Source: Perkinsus olseni (lineage: Eukaryota). Taken from it: a stretch of 60,368 bases of DNA. Location: NCBI GenBank assembly GCA_013115125.1, contig JABANN010000154.1, positions 1 through 60,368 on the forward strand. Reading direction: 5' to 3'. The number at the start of each line of letters is the position of its first letter. The stretch's first letter is position 1. Positions 23,462 to 36,941 of this stretch are shown in pieces. Under the pieces are notes generated by a model. That model was not told the DNA's origin, made no database searches, and saw only the letters and a list, made by a program, of their open reading frames with translations. Position numbers and translations under genes: made by a program.

Positions 23462-26400
23462 ATGTCCAGCGGCCCATCGCACGGAATTCATCATTCATCC
23501 CCCCGAAAGCCAGAGGCTTACGTTCCAGCCGAGGACTGTCGTGGGGCTCAACTGCTGAGCTACCGGGCTCCCCCAGGGCTGTTATATCAGGTATCTCCAG
23601 AGCCCTCCGGCGAGGAGGTACGTTGGCACTGCATGAGACAGCCCTCAGCCTGCCGCCCCTCGTGCTCGGTCATGGCGCTCTAGTGAAGGAAATTAGCAAG
23701 GCTGTTGAAACGTACGCAACGTGGTAGCCCCGCTGGGCAACTTGCCGTATTCAGGTTATCCACTTTGAAGACAGACTGGCACTTGCGACAGTCGTGCCTT
23801 GAGAAACTCGCGAGGGTTGTCCTGGGATGGGTACGAATAGTGGCATCATTGTGGTTGACTCCCTACTCCCTTAGAGCGAGAGAGAGCCTGCTGCAGAGGA
23901 CCTGGCGAGGTTTGACCGCGATCTTGCAGGCCCGCTGGTCGTTCAAGTAGGGTCCTCCTCCCAGAGGATCTCTGCAGGCATTGCTTCAGATAAGAGATGA
24001 TCGCTCGGCCATCGTGAGGCAAGCCTCTATGCTGTGTATCGTACTGGGAGCCTCTCACTACGGTGGGTCCTCTAGCGGTTAGATGAGACGTACATGCTCA
24101 TTAGCGTCTTACCTGAGCGCTCATCTCCTGCCGGGCATGATTGAGCCCCTGTTGAAGCAATGTACAGCGACAGTAGCAGTAGTGGCCGAGAGTGCTACTC
24201 AAGCGGTAGGGTGCAGTGCCCTCCGCCCTGGGAGCCCTGAATCTCAGCTGTATGGTCTGTGTGGTTGTGGATGCCGGAAGGTGCTAGAGGCACTAATGAA
24301 GCAATACAAGCATGTCCACCCAGTGGCCAGGCGAAGGGTCATGGAGGTCTTGTACGGCGAGGGGATGCCTCCTGGACGCATCCTCAGTAGGTGATGTCCA
24401 CCGAGGTCTGCGGGAGCTGCGACCAGTGGGCTAAGTGTGGCCAAGGTCTACAGCAACTTTCCGGTGAAGCCATTAGGTGGGAGTACGGGGGCTACTTTCG
24501 CCACGAGGTGGCTTCCTTGTCAGAGCTGCGCTTCGTGACAACTCGCCGCCGGTGAGGCAGGCCGCGAGACTTGCGCTTTGTCGTTTGTGTTGCCTGGCTT
24601 GCTCACCCGGCCTGACGCAGGTCGGAGTCCTCTCTTGAACCAGAAGTGACTAGCATGAAGTCAGGCCTTATGGCAGACGATGGATGCAGCCCAGCGGAAG
24701 ACTGCTGAGGATCTCCTGGCCGCTGGTCCCAGTGTTCTCTTCGCCGAAGACCCTGATGAGGAATGTCAGCACTTCAACCGGAGCATCACTGAGGTTGGCG
24801 CGAACCCATGACTCCTGCGATCTGCATTCCGTCCCGCTTACGTCCATAAAGGTATCCCGCAGCCCTCGACCGCGGAGGTGTGGGGGCAGCCCCGAAACCA
24901 ACTCTCCCGTTTTTTCCGCGTCCCCACGTCGTGGCCCTCGCAAAGTGAGCTCTCTACCAGCCGATCGCCCCTTGACAGCTCTCTCCTAGGCGACAAGCGG
25001 ACGTGACCAGAGTGACACCTCATCACTGAAATCTGTCACAAGGAGGTCTCCTCCTCAGTCTTCGAGGAGTAGGTGATCGTCGTCTAGCGGAGCGGAGCAT
25101 AACCCATGGACTTCGCTCGAGTGTAGGGCTGTTGTCGGCGAGAACATCCCACACCCCAGATCGAATCGTGTCTGCCTCCCCTTGCCGCACTGCCAGCGCC
25201 TCGTGAGTTCGCGGATACCCGACAACCCAACAGATGGGCCTGCTCTAGGCGTTCGCCGGCCCTCCGCCCATCACTGCCAAGGTCCCCTGTTTCCACTACC
25301 GTATCGCCGGAAGACATAATAGCATCACATCTGGTAGGACATGCATTGGCCTGGCCCTGCGAGGGGTAGTCTCAGACGTCTCTGGAGGCCGACCCTGGTG
25401 ACTCCCTGGTGCTGGCGTCACTTGCTGATTTCTTGAAGGGCCGGAAGTGCTCCGCTGAGGTGAAGGATTAGTCAGCCATGCCCGGTTATCCCCTTCTCGG
25501 TTTAGGATGTACTCTCGGTGTTCAACCGTTTCCTCGGCGTGCTAGAATTGGCAGTGGCCAGGAACCCCGCAGGAGGTGTTGTGCTCTGCCTAGTGTGGCC
25601 GCCAGGGACTCGGTTACTATCAGGCCAACCCGTCATTAAGTTCCTTACTGGGATATTATCGGGCCATGAAGATGCACAGAGGGCCTTGCTGGGGATCCTC
25701 TCACGCCGACAGACCCCTCCGGGTGGGATTCTCCTCACACATTTGCCGCCTTTTATGGTCTCCCATGCTATAGATGCCGAGTTGCTGAGGTCCTTCCCTC
25801 CTACAATGGTCTCTGAGGTGATAGAAAACGGCCGACACAGCCCCGGTCGTCCTGCTGCCGTTCGAGAGAACCCGATAGACATTCTGCTGGAGCCCCATAC
25901 GCCGGACGAGGACCTTGAACAGGTCTAGGTGCAGTCCGGTTGAGCAACCCTTTCCGGACTTCCTACTGGTGCCTCCTCTTCAATCTGTGCTCCTGTCGTC
26001 CACAGATGATCCTAGAGGCTGCGCGGTTGGTCCGGAGGAGGGGTACCGACCCGGCGATATGGCAGAGGTGAGCTGCTCACGGGGTGCTCCTTCAGTCATG
26101 GGGTGTTGTTCAGTCGGTTCGCACGCTTGCTTATGTTCGCCCTCGACAAAATGAACGCGAAGGTGGTTGCCTCTAAGGGCTCTCCTAAGGATACAGGAAC
26201 TGCGAAAACTGCGGTATTGCTCTTAGCCGATGTGCACGGTTGTCGTTGCCGCTTCAGTTCGGCCTCCTCTCCGCAATGCTGGAAGTGAGCCCCCACCTGT
26301 TCCAGACCTACCTTGAGGTGGTCATAGCCAGGCTTGCCCACTTCGCAGCTCGCCTCAGCGCGGAGGGAGTTCTCGATACCACCACACAAGGTGAATAATA

Positions 26401-26928
26401 ACCTACCCTCTCCAAGATCTGCATTCAAACCCACGCTTTTCTGACAGCATTACTATTCACTGGGGTTTGGTCACATGACAGTGCGGTTGCCTCTCAGATG
26501 AAGTCAGAGCCGCAATGGCGAGACTGTGTGGGATACCTGAGGATCCCAAGAGGTCCTTGGAGGCCCTCATTGGGTGGCTTGTAATAAGAGGCCTCTGTGC
26601 TGTGGTTATTAACGTGTAAACAGGGCGACCCTGACCAAGTCCCTGCCGGATCGAGGCAAGCCCTTTCCCTGATGGTGGCAGAGTTACTTGTGGGAACGGT
26701 AATTCTGTGAGGCTCGCTTCGTAGGGTACGAGTCCTAGGTGCCAGGCTGAGAGGGTTGATAAAGGCGTTCTACTCACCTATGCCGACAGTATATCCCCTG
26801 CTTTAACTACCATAGTCAGCAGTGAAGAGGGACCCGAGGTGGGCAGAGGGGGGTCGAGGAGTCATGTGTACATGGGCTTCCAGCTACGGAGGAGGGCGTC
26901 CTGCCTCTTGAAGATGATCCGTGCATGA
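23462..26928 (+). CDS. CLASP N-terminal/TOG (HEAT repeat) protein, multi-exon
   Basis: KTDWHLRQSCLEKLARVV, LLQIRDDRSAIVRQAS, TVAVVAESA and HPVARRRVMEVL resemble CLASP TOG motifs (dW..R, D.RS.vr.A), followed by a Ser/Arg/Pro linker and a helical C-terminus. Confidence 0.62.
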
Positions 26929-27070
26929 GCCCAACGATGATGGCAGCTGGGAAGGGGGGCAGCTCATCATGGCTGGGTTATTGATTCTGTCACTAACAGC
27001 TTTCTTGAGTTGGCCTATGAATGCACAGCGGTTCAACTACTGCCTAGGTTTATTGTTTTATGACCCTGGG

Positions 27071-27644
27071 ATGCCGTCACACAGTTCTGATTCTTCCCAC
27101 CACGGCGAGTCCATGGAGGACCTGATGATACCCTCTTGGATAACAGCCATATCGGACTCGCTCGACCGCTTGGTTCTGGTGCTTCTACGGGACGATCGAA
27201 AGCTCATCGGCCGGCTCAAGACTTATGACCAGTTCGGCAACATTGTGCTGCAAAATACATTGTAAGATTGACTCTTGGTCACACTGCCAACTTCCTGAGT
27301 CAGGGAAAGGCACATCGTTGATGGCCTCTATGCCGACATCGACCTCGGTGTAATGATCATACGAGGAGAGAATATACTCCTCTTCGGCGAAGTGGACTCA
27401 TTAGACATGGAGCCGGCTCTGCAGCGGGTATGCGGCTGCCCGATCTGATCTGATATTTCTTATCGCTTGAAGCTTAGGCGTCGCTTGGGCAAGTCCTGGC
27501 AAGGGAGGAGATGAACGCCGAACTTGAAGCGATCAAAGTGGGCTTGTTCATCGTTTGTGGTATTGGATTTCCTCTTCCTTCAAGTAATGGCCGCTTTGAT
27601 CTCAGGGCAGGATGGATCTCGCCTTCCTAGACGACGGTCTCTAG
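27071..27644 (+). CDS. LSM1: Sm-like protein LSm1 (mRNA decapping)
   Basis: SLDRLVLVLLRDDRKLIGRLKTYDQFGNIVLQNTL|ERHIVDGLYADIDLGVMIIRGENILLFGEVD plus the C-terminal helical tail typical of LSm1. Confidence 0.9.
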
Positions 27645-28322
27645 CATTTGTCAACGACTACAGTGTGTACAGATTCTGTTATGTATTGTTTCATCTCAAG
27701 CCAGTGGCTTCGTGGTGTTCGGCTGCTGCTGCTGCTGCTGGGCCCGAGTGGTCCACCCCGTGTTTGTTCGTGGACGACTCTGCGAATCATTCGAACGTCT
27801 TCGTTGCAATGTGGCCACCTCTTCCTCCAGGCAGTGCATAGAGTCCTAGTAAATGCGTGGTATAGTTAGAGGAAAATGAACGGCGATGCAGTGATGACGA
27901 GTAGCCAGCCTCAGCTCCTTGAACTAACAACCAACCGAAGGGCCCCTTGTTGGGCACTCAGATCCTGTGCTTTGGCATGACCTTACCTGAAATGACTGTT
28001 CCTGCTAACCGTGCTAACACGGCTATCTGTCGGTGACTTGAAAACTTGAGCTACCTTAAGTTTCCTCTGCCGTATTTCTGCTCGTCATCGTCTCTTGGGC
28101 CGCACTTGATGGCTGTCTCGCGTGTAATTGGCCCTCTTTGCCTCGGTCACCACCCCTCAGCGCGGCGAGCCATCTCTGTTGGGGCCTCGCCTCGGTCGAG
28201 CAGCCCTGCGGGTTATGATTTGATCGGCGCAAGATTCGGCCGTCTCGGAGGAGGAATGATGATTGTGTTGAGAAAGTTCACCTTTAAGACTGTTTATGGA
28301 TGAGATTTACCTGTTTTTCACA

Positions 28323-29471
28323 ATGCTCGTCCGTTCGGCACCACTCGTCTCAGCTGCAGCGGCCCTCACACGGGGCGGCAGCCCAGTGCCGTGGAAGTAC
28401 GTACGCAGTATGTCGTCAACTTCCGAGGCTAAGGCGAAGGAGTTCCAACAGAACGCAGCAGGTGAGAATGGCGACTGGTAGTAGTGACGGATACAAGGAC
28501 GTTTAGAGGGCTGTGCATGCCTAGTTTCGGTCCTCGGGGCCGAGTCCCTCTTGCTCTGCTCCTTCTTTGAGGTGTTTCTTGCCAGATCTAATTCATTTTC
28601 ACTCGAATAGCCCATCGATGAGCTACCCCGCTAAGCCCGAGCCGCATTCGGCCCACTCGCTACCCCACCCTATTTGGGATATGTCCTTGGTTAATGACGT
28701 GGAGCTAACACACTACCCTCCTAAAACCGTGGCGGACAAGATCGCCTACAAATCCGTGCGCTCTCTCCGCACAGCATTCGATGTCCTTTCTGGATACCGA
28801 TTCGGGCGTCGAGATGCTAAGCTGTGGATTCGCCGTGTCGTCTTTCTGGAGACGGTGGCTGGGGTGCCTGGGATGGTCGGCGCCATGAACCGCCATCTGA
28901 GCTCTCTGAGGAAGATGGAGCGCGACTTTGGCTGGATCCACACTCTGCTGGAAGAGGCCGAAAATGAGCGGATGCACTTGATGATCGCCCTGAGTCTGAT
29001 GAGACCTGGTCCCCTGTTGAGGGCCTTGGTCCTCGGGGCACAGGGCACCTTCTTCACATTCTACGCTCTGGCCTACGCGATCTCTCCCAACTACGCCCAT
29101 CGCTTTGTGGGGTACCTAGAGGAGGAGGCAGTGCTCACTTACACATGCCTGTTGCAGTATGTTGATAGAGGTCGGTGGATAATATCCACTGGATATAACT
29201 ACTGTACCGGTGTCTATAGTATTCGCTTTAGGTCTGATCCCCGAGTTCACAACGCAGCAGGCGCCCTTCGTCGCCCAGGACTACTATCAGCTGCCGCCCT
29301 CTGCCACCTTGAGGGACGTCTTCGCGTGCATGCGTGCTGATGAGAGCCATCACCGAGGTAGTAGGCTGCTGGCGACGGTCCTAGATGCACTGACAGCTGC
29401 TGACAGATGTTAACCACACATTTGCCATGATGGGCAAGTATGAGCCCAATCCCTTTCCCCCGGGCCATTGA
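28323..29471 (+). CDS. AOX: Mitochondrial alternative oxidase, copy 1
   Basis: Presequence; [33 protein letters not shown] and [12 protein letters not shown] di-iron motifs; ends NPFPPGH*. Confidence 0.97.
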
Positions 29472-29728
29472 ACCAATGATAATCGAACGCTAATTATCAC
29501 TGCACGACCTCAAACCTGTTTTTAAAAGCCCCAATGGCTGTGTGTAAGGCAGGACGCCTCCCTCTTCATTATTAGTCATGTTGCTGTGCTCGAAGACCGC
29601 TTTCGTTTCAACATTCCTTGGATCATTGCGTTGCTTTCTCACCCTACCCTGGCCACTCGAGTAGTGGGGTCTCGTGTTCCCGTCCATGCCCCTCAGTAGA
29701 GTTCGTGTTACTTTACTTCAACACCCCC

Positions 29729-30649
29729 ATGCTCAGTACAAGGGTATACACCCACGCGGCCCCTTGCGCCCTGTCGAGAGGAGCTCCATCGATGGCTAGG
29801 ATGATGAAGCCTTATCTTTCTGGTGTGGGTCCCTGGGCCATGACGGTTGTGAGGTTCCAGAGTACTGTCAGTGGCAGCGCTAATGCTACCACCCCTAAGG
29901 CCCAGTTCAGCAGTGCCGCTTCCCATCTCAAGGCTCACGAAATGGGCTCTAATTCGGCGGGTGAGTTATCGCTCTCACCAGTTTACCTCGTGCCATCGCG
30001 AGGAATCTTATGCTCAGATCGTCCCAGATTGTGTGTCGTACAGGTACTGTGCATTTCAAGAGGCATCCTCCTCCTCCGCCCGAAGCCCCGCCGCCTCCCT
30101 CGGACACCGCCCATTCAAAGCACTCTCTCCCCCATCCCATCTGGAATCTAACAGAAATAGAGCAGGTCGAGCAGACCCACTATCCACCGAGGGGCTTCTC
30201 CGACAGGGCTGCCTACTACACTGTACAGGCCTTGAGGCACACCTTCGACACCCTCTCAGGCTACAAGTTCGGCAAACACGATGCTAAGCTCTGGGTGCGC
30301 CGCATGGTTTTCCTGGAGACGGTGGCGGCTGTCCCCGGCATGGTTGGCGGGATGGTCAGGCATCTCAACAGCCTCCGCAACATGGAGAGAGATCATGGTT
30401 GGATCCACACTCTACTGGAGGAGGCCGAGAACGAGCGTATGCATTTGATGATCGCTCTCACGTTGAAGGAGCCCGGCCCTCTGCTGCGTGGTCTGGTACT
30501 CGTCAGTCAGGGTATCTTCTTCTGGAGCTACGGTCTGCTGTATCTGTTGGCTCCCAAGTTCAACCATAGATTTGTTGGCTACTTAGAGGAGGAAGCCGTT
30601 AAGACTTATACCAACCTCCTCAAATGCATCGACGAAGGTGATGATGATG

Positions 30650-30686
<37 letters not shown>

Positions 30687-30966
30687 GGCTGTGCCAATGT
30701 CTTGTTACCAGGTAAAGTTCCCGAGTTCACGAGTGAACCAGCGCCTTTCATTGCCAGAGATTATTATGAGCTCAGTGACGATGCAACGTTAAGGGACGTC
30801 TTCGCATGCATAAGGGCTGATGAGTCCCATCATAGAGGTCAGTTAGTCACTGTGTAGCGAGATACGATGACTCAGAAGGGGGCCGTTTTCAGATGTTAAC
30901 CACACGTTTGCTTCCGCAGACGAGAATGGCTCCAAGTACCGCAATCCGTTCCCTCCCGGCCACTAG
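29729..30966 (+). CDS. AOX: Mitochondrial alternative oxidase, copy 2
   Basis: [34 protein letters not shown] and [12 protein letters not shown]; introns at equivalent positions to copy 1; (GCT)n microsatellite in the intron near 30650-30685. Confidence 0.97.
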
Positions 30967-31864
30967 GCATATCGGAAGGAGGGGGCACCTGATGGCATAC
31001 CTTCTGTCGATTTCCTAAGGATGATGACCCCGTGTGATGATTGTTGTTTATCAGGGTCTGTTCAATGTTCGTGCGTGCCGCTAAAGTTCATTCTCAAAGA
31101 TAGTGATGCTAATAACAAGAAAACAACCACCGTAGTGTACATAGCCTTTTTTAATGACTGCTTTTTCTCATTCGTACAGAATGATCATCATCCATGGCAT
31201 ACCAGGGAGGTCCTCGGATAAATTTCTGAGGACGGTTTCCGTTTTGTTCACTGCCTACTACTACCGTTATTCTACTGGAGTCTACCACTACTCGAATGGC
31301 CTTATCGCCCTATACGAGTCAGGCTCAGTACTGTCGTATAGGCTACGGCCATTATGGCCGCCGCTGTTAGTCATCAGCAGCAGCAGCAGCTCCCCACCAG
31401 TCACTGCAACAATAACGACCACTCGAGCTTTGATCACCCAAATATTGCACAAGCTGTGTATAGAGGAAGTCACAGCTGCGTTCAGAATCAGAAGAGTTGT
31501 GTTTGAATAGAGTCGTTAATCAGGGCTCTGGGTGAGAGCATCTTGGGCAGTACTCTGTCGATTGATTCTCCATCGGGGCCCAGCTTGAGCATTAGATGCT
31601 TTTCCGTGTATAGAACTGCCGCCTCTGGTCGATCATCGTGCACTACTCGTTTTCGCCCTCGCTTCGTTGTGCCTCCTCAACGCTGTTGTGATCGTAGAGC
31701 ATTCGTGCCGCCGGTCTTCGTGGCTTCTAACCTGAGTGCCTCGATGTGGGGGTGACTGAAAATGATGCCGGTGATCCTGTGAGTAAGGCTCAACATGAGT
31801 TGATGTAAGGAAGCCCGGAGCACACCACAGTTTGAATACTGTAGACGTTTCTCCACTGACCGGG

Positions 31865-34800
31865 ATGGCTGATGTTCATACCTCATCGAACCCTCAACGA
31901 TGCGGTTGGACGAGGCTAGTCGACAGTCTCTCTTTGAGTATGTTCAATGGCAGCGGCATCAGCAGTCCACAGCAACCCAACAGGAGGCCACTCTACTCGC
32001 CTTTGAACATCCGCTATCCGCACACTCCCTCCACGGCACAACAGGCATCGCCACCGAGTGGCTTCGGCGGCCTGCAGCATCGGAGCCCTCGCCCCTCTCT
32101 CACCCCTGCCGGCTCGCCCTTCTATCCCATGACCTTTACAATGCAACAAGCATCACCACCTTCCTACCATAGGCCTGTTATGAGGTGGGTGGTTGCTTTG
32201 GACGCAGCCATAGATAGCTGGTCATCATCATCAGGCGCAATAGCTACAACGGGGTGACCCCACAAGGTCCTTCGACCCCTGCCCACTTCACCACCATGCT
32301 CGATAACGCGAGCCCTCCAGCTCTGAGTCCTCCTATGGTGGTCACTCCGAGGATCCAATTTCGTCCGACGCTCAGCAGCAACCGGAGGTTGGTTCTCAGG
32401 ATTCTAGTCCTGAGAGAAGTTTTTGACAGGCCTTCGTTCACCCCCTTCGCTGGTCCGAGCATGCTCGCATCACCACCACCCGGAGATAGGCTGATCATGG
32501 GCCAACAACCGCCTGAGCGCAGGAACTTTACCGCCGCCGCCCCGGCGAATGGCTATTCTGACTTCACCAAGTCCAACACTACGAGTAGGTCAGCGAAATC
32601 ATGGCCAAGCGAAGTGTCTAATCGAATGAGGTTTCTTGTCTACCAACGGAGCGAGCAGCTCTTCAACTCGCCCCGCTCCTCGTACACCCGAGACAGTTGC
32701 CTCGACCCCTCCTCCTGAGGGTAATGGTAGACCTGGGACCAGATACACTGATGCAGTCACTAATCCACGTGCTCCTAAGAAGGTGAGCAGGGCCAGTCCG
32801 CCTCTAGTTTTGGTGGTGCTGGAGAACTAGGGCATGGCGTTACTAGCAGGTATCCTTCGTTCTGAGAGAGGATGCTAGTGACGCCGGATCATCACCTCGG
32901 ATTCCGTCAGAGTGTAGCTGTCTGCCAGCCATGACCCCTGCCACTAGCGTGAGTAAAGCAGGAGTACGTCCGGAACCCCTCACGGACTCGCGTCTAAGAT
33001 ACGTCACCCGACCACTGCCATAACAGCCATCCCGCGTCCCTTCGCCACCTCCCCGGGAGGGCACCTTCTCATGCGTGCCAAGACAGCATCGTATGCCGAG
33101 TGCGGCGAGATGGACTCCTTTCGTAACACCCTAGCGGAAGTCATGTGCCATCCCCGGAGAGTGGCTCGGCTTGCTGAGGAGGTCTCGATAAGCGGGTGGG
33201 CCCAGGCTCCGCGCATGTTGTTGCTGCTATCAGCGATCGCAGGGTCCCCACTACTCCAGCGGGCTTCCGAAGCCTGGTGGCCATCATAGTTGACAGACTC
33301 AGCTCCAACCCCTTCAAGCTGTCCTTGGAAAGCAGACTTTTCAACCGGACAGGTAACTCTGTGCTGTCAGCAGCATTGCCCGACAAGGCAGCGGAACGCC
33401 TCTGGTCGAGGATTAAAAGAGATGGGGCGGAATACGGTAGTGAGGGGCCGCCTGTGTTAGGGTTAGTACGTTCCTCCACAGGCCCAACGGGAGTAGTAGA
33501 GAGCGTCCTCGTGTTGCTCCATGATACTCTGGCTACCAGGGAGTGCCGAGGGTCATTAGTCGTTGGACGAAGACTCAAGGAATACTATACCGTAGGCCGC
33601 CGCTCTCTATCTCCCAGCTCTTACCTCCCGCACCAGGTATCTGATCAGTGCGTTGGTGGCGGAGCATACGGAACTGTCCGCTTCTGCTGGCCTAACGTGC
33701 GCCGAGCGGCCGACATTGCCACGCCCATGGCGACTCCTGGTGGGAGTAGTGGTCCCAATCGTATCACCGAGGATATGCGCATGATGAGACAAGTGGGCCC
33801 CCACCGCAAAGGAATCTATTATCGTGTAAAGTTCACGCTCAGCGTTCGGCCGGAGTCCACGCCACACCCTCACATCGAACGGGAGGGAGTGCGGCGCTCG
33901 GACCGCGGAAGTCTCCAGACGTTGTCTCCATGTCCAGCAGGAGCTGTCGAGTCGGTGAGTGCGGCTTGCCCATGTTTCCTGCGCTTTAAGGCATTAGCGT
34001 CTTGCAGTAAAATCTATCTTCACGTTGGACGGCAGCAATAAGTACTCGTCGGCTCCCTCCTCCTCGTCATCTGGGATAGGAGTGGTCCTCCTAGGGGAGA
34101 TAGGGGCAATGCTACGACTGGATCATCCCTGCATAGTCAAGATGCATGAGTATGTACTACTAGTCTATCGCCATCGTCATCGTCGTCGATGCTGCCCCTC
34201 CTCACCAGGTATTTCCATGGACCGTCTGGGATCCACATAATTATGGATCGAGTAGAACAGTCGCAGAAGGGTTGGGTAGGCCTTCTATGAGCATACTATC
34301 AGGTACCTGGTATCACTCTGAGCGTTGCCTTGGCGGTGGCCAAGTCACAAGGCACTGGTATCAGCTTTGAAGAGGCCGTCGAGATAGTCCATCGACTAAC
34401 TCTAGCCGTAGCCCATACCTACTCGAGAAAGGTGGTCCAGCGTGGTGGCCCCATCCTACCTCGAACCCTGCCTTTAACAGATAATCCATAAAGATATCAA
34501 GCTCTGCAACATAGTGGTCAATGGTCTACAAATGCAGCACAGCAGCCATTATCATCACAGTCAGCAACGCTCGTCGTATGCAGGGAGTCATACCCCAGAG
34601 CTAACAACGCCTTCAGACGAAGACGAAGACGAAGACGAGGATGCGGCGAGGTTAGACCAAAAGAGGTTATCGCCACTACCATCATCGGACCTCCCCCAGG
34701 CTGCTGCGTTTGCGTGTTACTCTTTTGGATTTTGGCTTCGCGGAGACCCTGACAGACTCCAGAGAGCGGAGGAGCAAGGTGGGCCAGGACACTTTGGACG

Positions 34801-36220
34801 CCCGTCCGACCAACTCCTGTGGACTCAGGCGGAGGGCAGCCCCATGTATGCAGCACCGGAAGTGTTCGAGCGCAACTTCGGTCTGCTGTGTGACTCCTGG
34901 TCTCTTGGTGTTGTAGCGTAGGTCTCTCGGGCAGGCTGGGACGTTATACGCCTACCGTTGTTGCTGGCAGATATAGTCTGTTCACAGGAGGCGGCTTTCC
35001 CTTCCAATGCAGCAACGTAGATGAGCTCACCAATATCCTCTTACGCTCCGACTACCACGACCTCACGAAACAGCCCTGGCATGCTGCAATACAGAATTGC
35101 GTACGTGCCGGTCATCCTCGGCGTCCATGTCATCCACCCTAGACAGGTCTTCAGTGTCGACCCTACGGCAGCTGATTTCGTCTTCCGATGCCTCCAACGA
35201 GATGAGTCCAAGCGGTACTCGGCCCCTCAGCTGGTCCACCATGAACTCCTCATTAGAAGGCCCTCCGGAATGGTATGTTGCCTGGGACTCGATAGTTGTT
35301 AGTGGCTGCGTCTGTCATGGTGTTGGTATGAATGCACAGTATGTAGCCAGACAGACTTGCAAGGCGATTTCGACTATCGAATATCGCGTAGATATCCGCG
35401 CATTCGAGGGGCTATTGCCGACTACCGTTCCTCAGATCAGCGGTAGTGCTGCCCACTTGCTACCTGAGCAACTTTTTGAAGCTGCATTCAAGTAGGGACG
35501 TGTATTGTCTTACTCCTGTGATCTGTGTGTTCAGTTTCGCTCGAGCTCCTACAGACCATCGTGAGGCTCATCGCCTCGTGGCATCGCGTACTTCAGTTGG
35601 CTCCAACTCCTCGCGACTCAGCCGATTCTTCTTGCAACTTGCGGCCCCGACACACGGTCATATCGCTGTCGATGAGATGGAGAGGGTGGGTGAAGATGAG
35701 GGACCTCTTCGATAATCTTCGATAGTCTCCTGCCGCAGGCGTTTTCGCAGCATACTAATCCGGAAACGGCGCGGGATCTGGTGGTTCAGCTCCGAAAGGA
35801 CGGTCGGGGTCATATAGGATTTTCCGAGTTCGTCGCAGCGGTGACCTATCGATGTGAGTCTGCCATATGCTTCAACACCTCGAGGCTTTTGCATCAGGTC
35901 TGCCAATAGACCCTTGCTTGTCCGATGAGATCTATCGCTACGTTCTACGCCATTCTGACCACCACGGCCATTACTCAACTCTCCGTCGCTATCTTCACTC
36001 ATCGAGAACGTTTATGAAGTAGCTGGTGACACAACACGGCGGGGCCTTCCACTGCGTCGCTCGAGTTCCTGGCAGAGCGTTGGCAGGCCGCCGTTGTCTG
36101 GATGCATTCCGAGTATTTCTTGTCAGGTTCCTTCAGACTGCACTTCAACCTGACTCTCAGCCTACCAGGCAATTCTTCACCCCTCGTTTACTAGGAAGGA
36201 GCAATACCGTATCTATCTAA
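31865..36220 (+). CDS. CAMK/CDPK-like protein kinase with long Ser/Pro-rich N-terminus and degenerate C-terminal EF-hands, multi-exon
   Basis: VGGGAYGTVR, AVK, EIGAMLRLDHPCIVKMHE, IIHKDIKLCN, LLDFG, GSPMYAAPE, CDSWSLGV, KRYSAPQLVHH; KDGRGHIGFSEF EF-hand-like loop. Confidence 0.82.
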
Positions 36221-36941
36221 TACGCCACTATTCTAGTCACAATATATCGCTCATTCAATCATACACACGACAGCTCCTCCTCCGCAAAGACTGTCTTCCT
36301 CTGTCTTCTAAGTCACTACCGGTTTTACTACACTCATTCACTACTGGCTATGTATTTATATATAAAAGGAGCCTCGCGGCTCCGTATGCCGTTTGAAGTC
36401 CCCATTAGTGATAATTGAAGTGACGGGTTTCCCAGTTGGGCTGTTGCCATGTGTATGTCGCTATGGTATGCAAATCAACACACGCCACTTCCATGTGAAA
36501 GCAAGGTTTCGACCAGTTCCTCTCGGACGATGCGTTTATTTGGGAGCAGGATTGGCATACGCGCGGTACGAAGGTGGGAGAAGTTGACTAAAATCGAACG
36601 CTGGCTTCAAGCCTCTATCACTCGATCGTGAGTGTGATTCGTAAGATTCATCTTCGACTCTTGAGACAGGCTATCCGCTGCGCTATCGTGTGTGAGTGAG
36701 TGACCACTCCGTCGCTATGGTCCGGGCTCGCCATGCGCACATAGTTGCACGCAATTGGATCATCAAGCCTACATAGGAAATAGTATTAGGAGTCGTCGGT
36801 ACTCGACTGTCCAACGAAGCGTGCACCTATTAAACGCAAAACTCAGATGATAAGTACGAAAAAGTCGAAGAATTGAATTCATATGTAAGAGCCTATATAT
36901 GTGTGTTTGTGACAAAGAGGCAAGTTATCCTCACAACTGCT

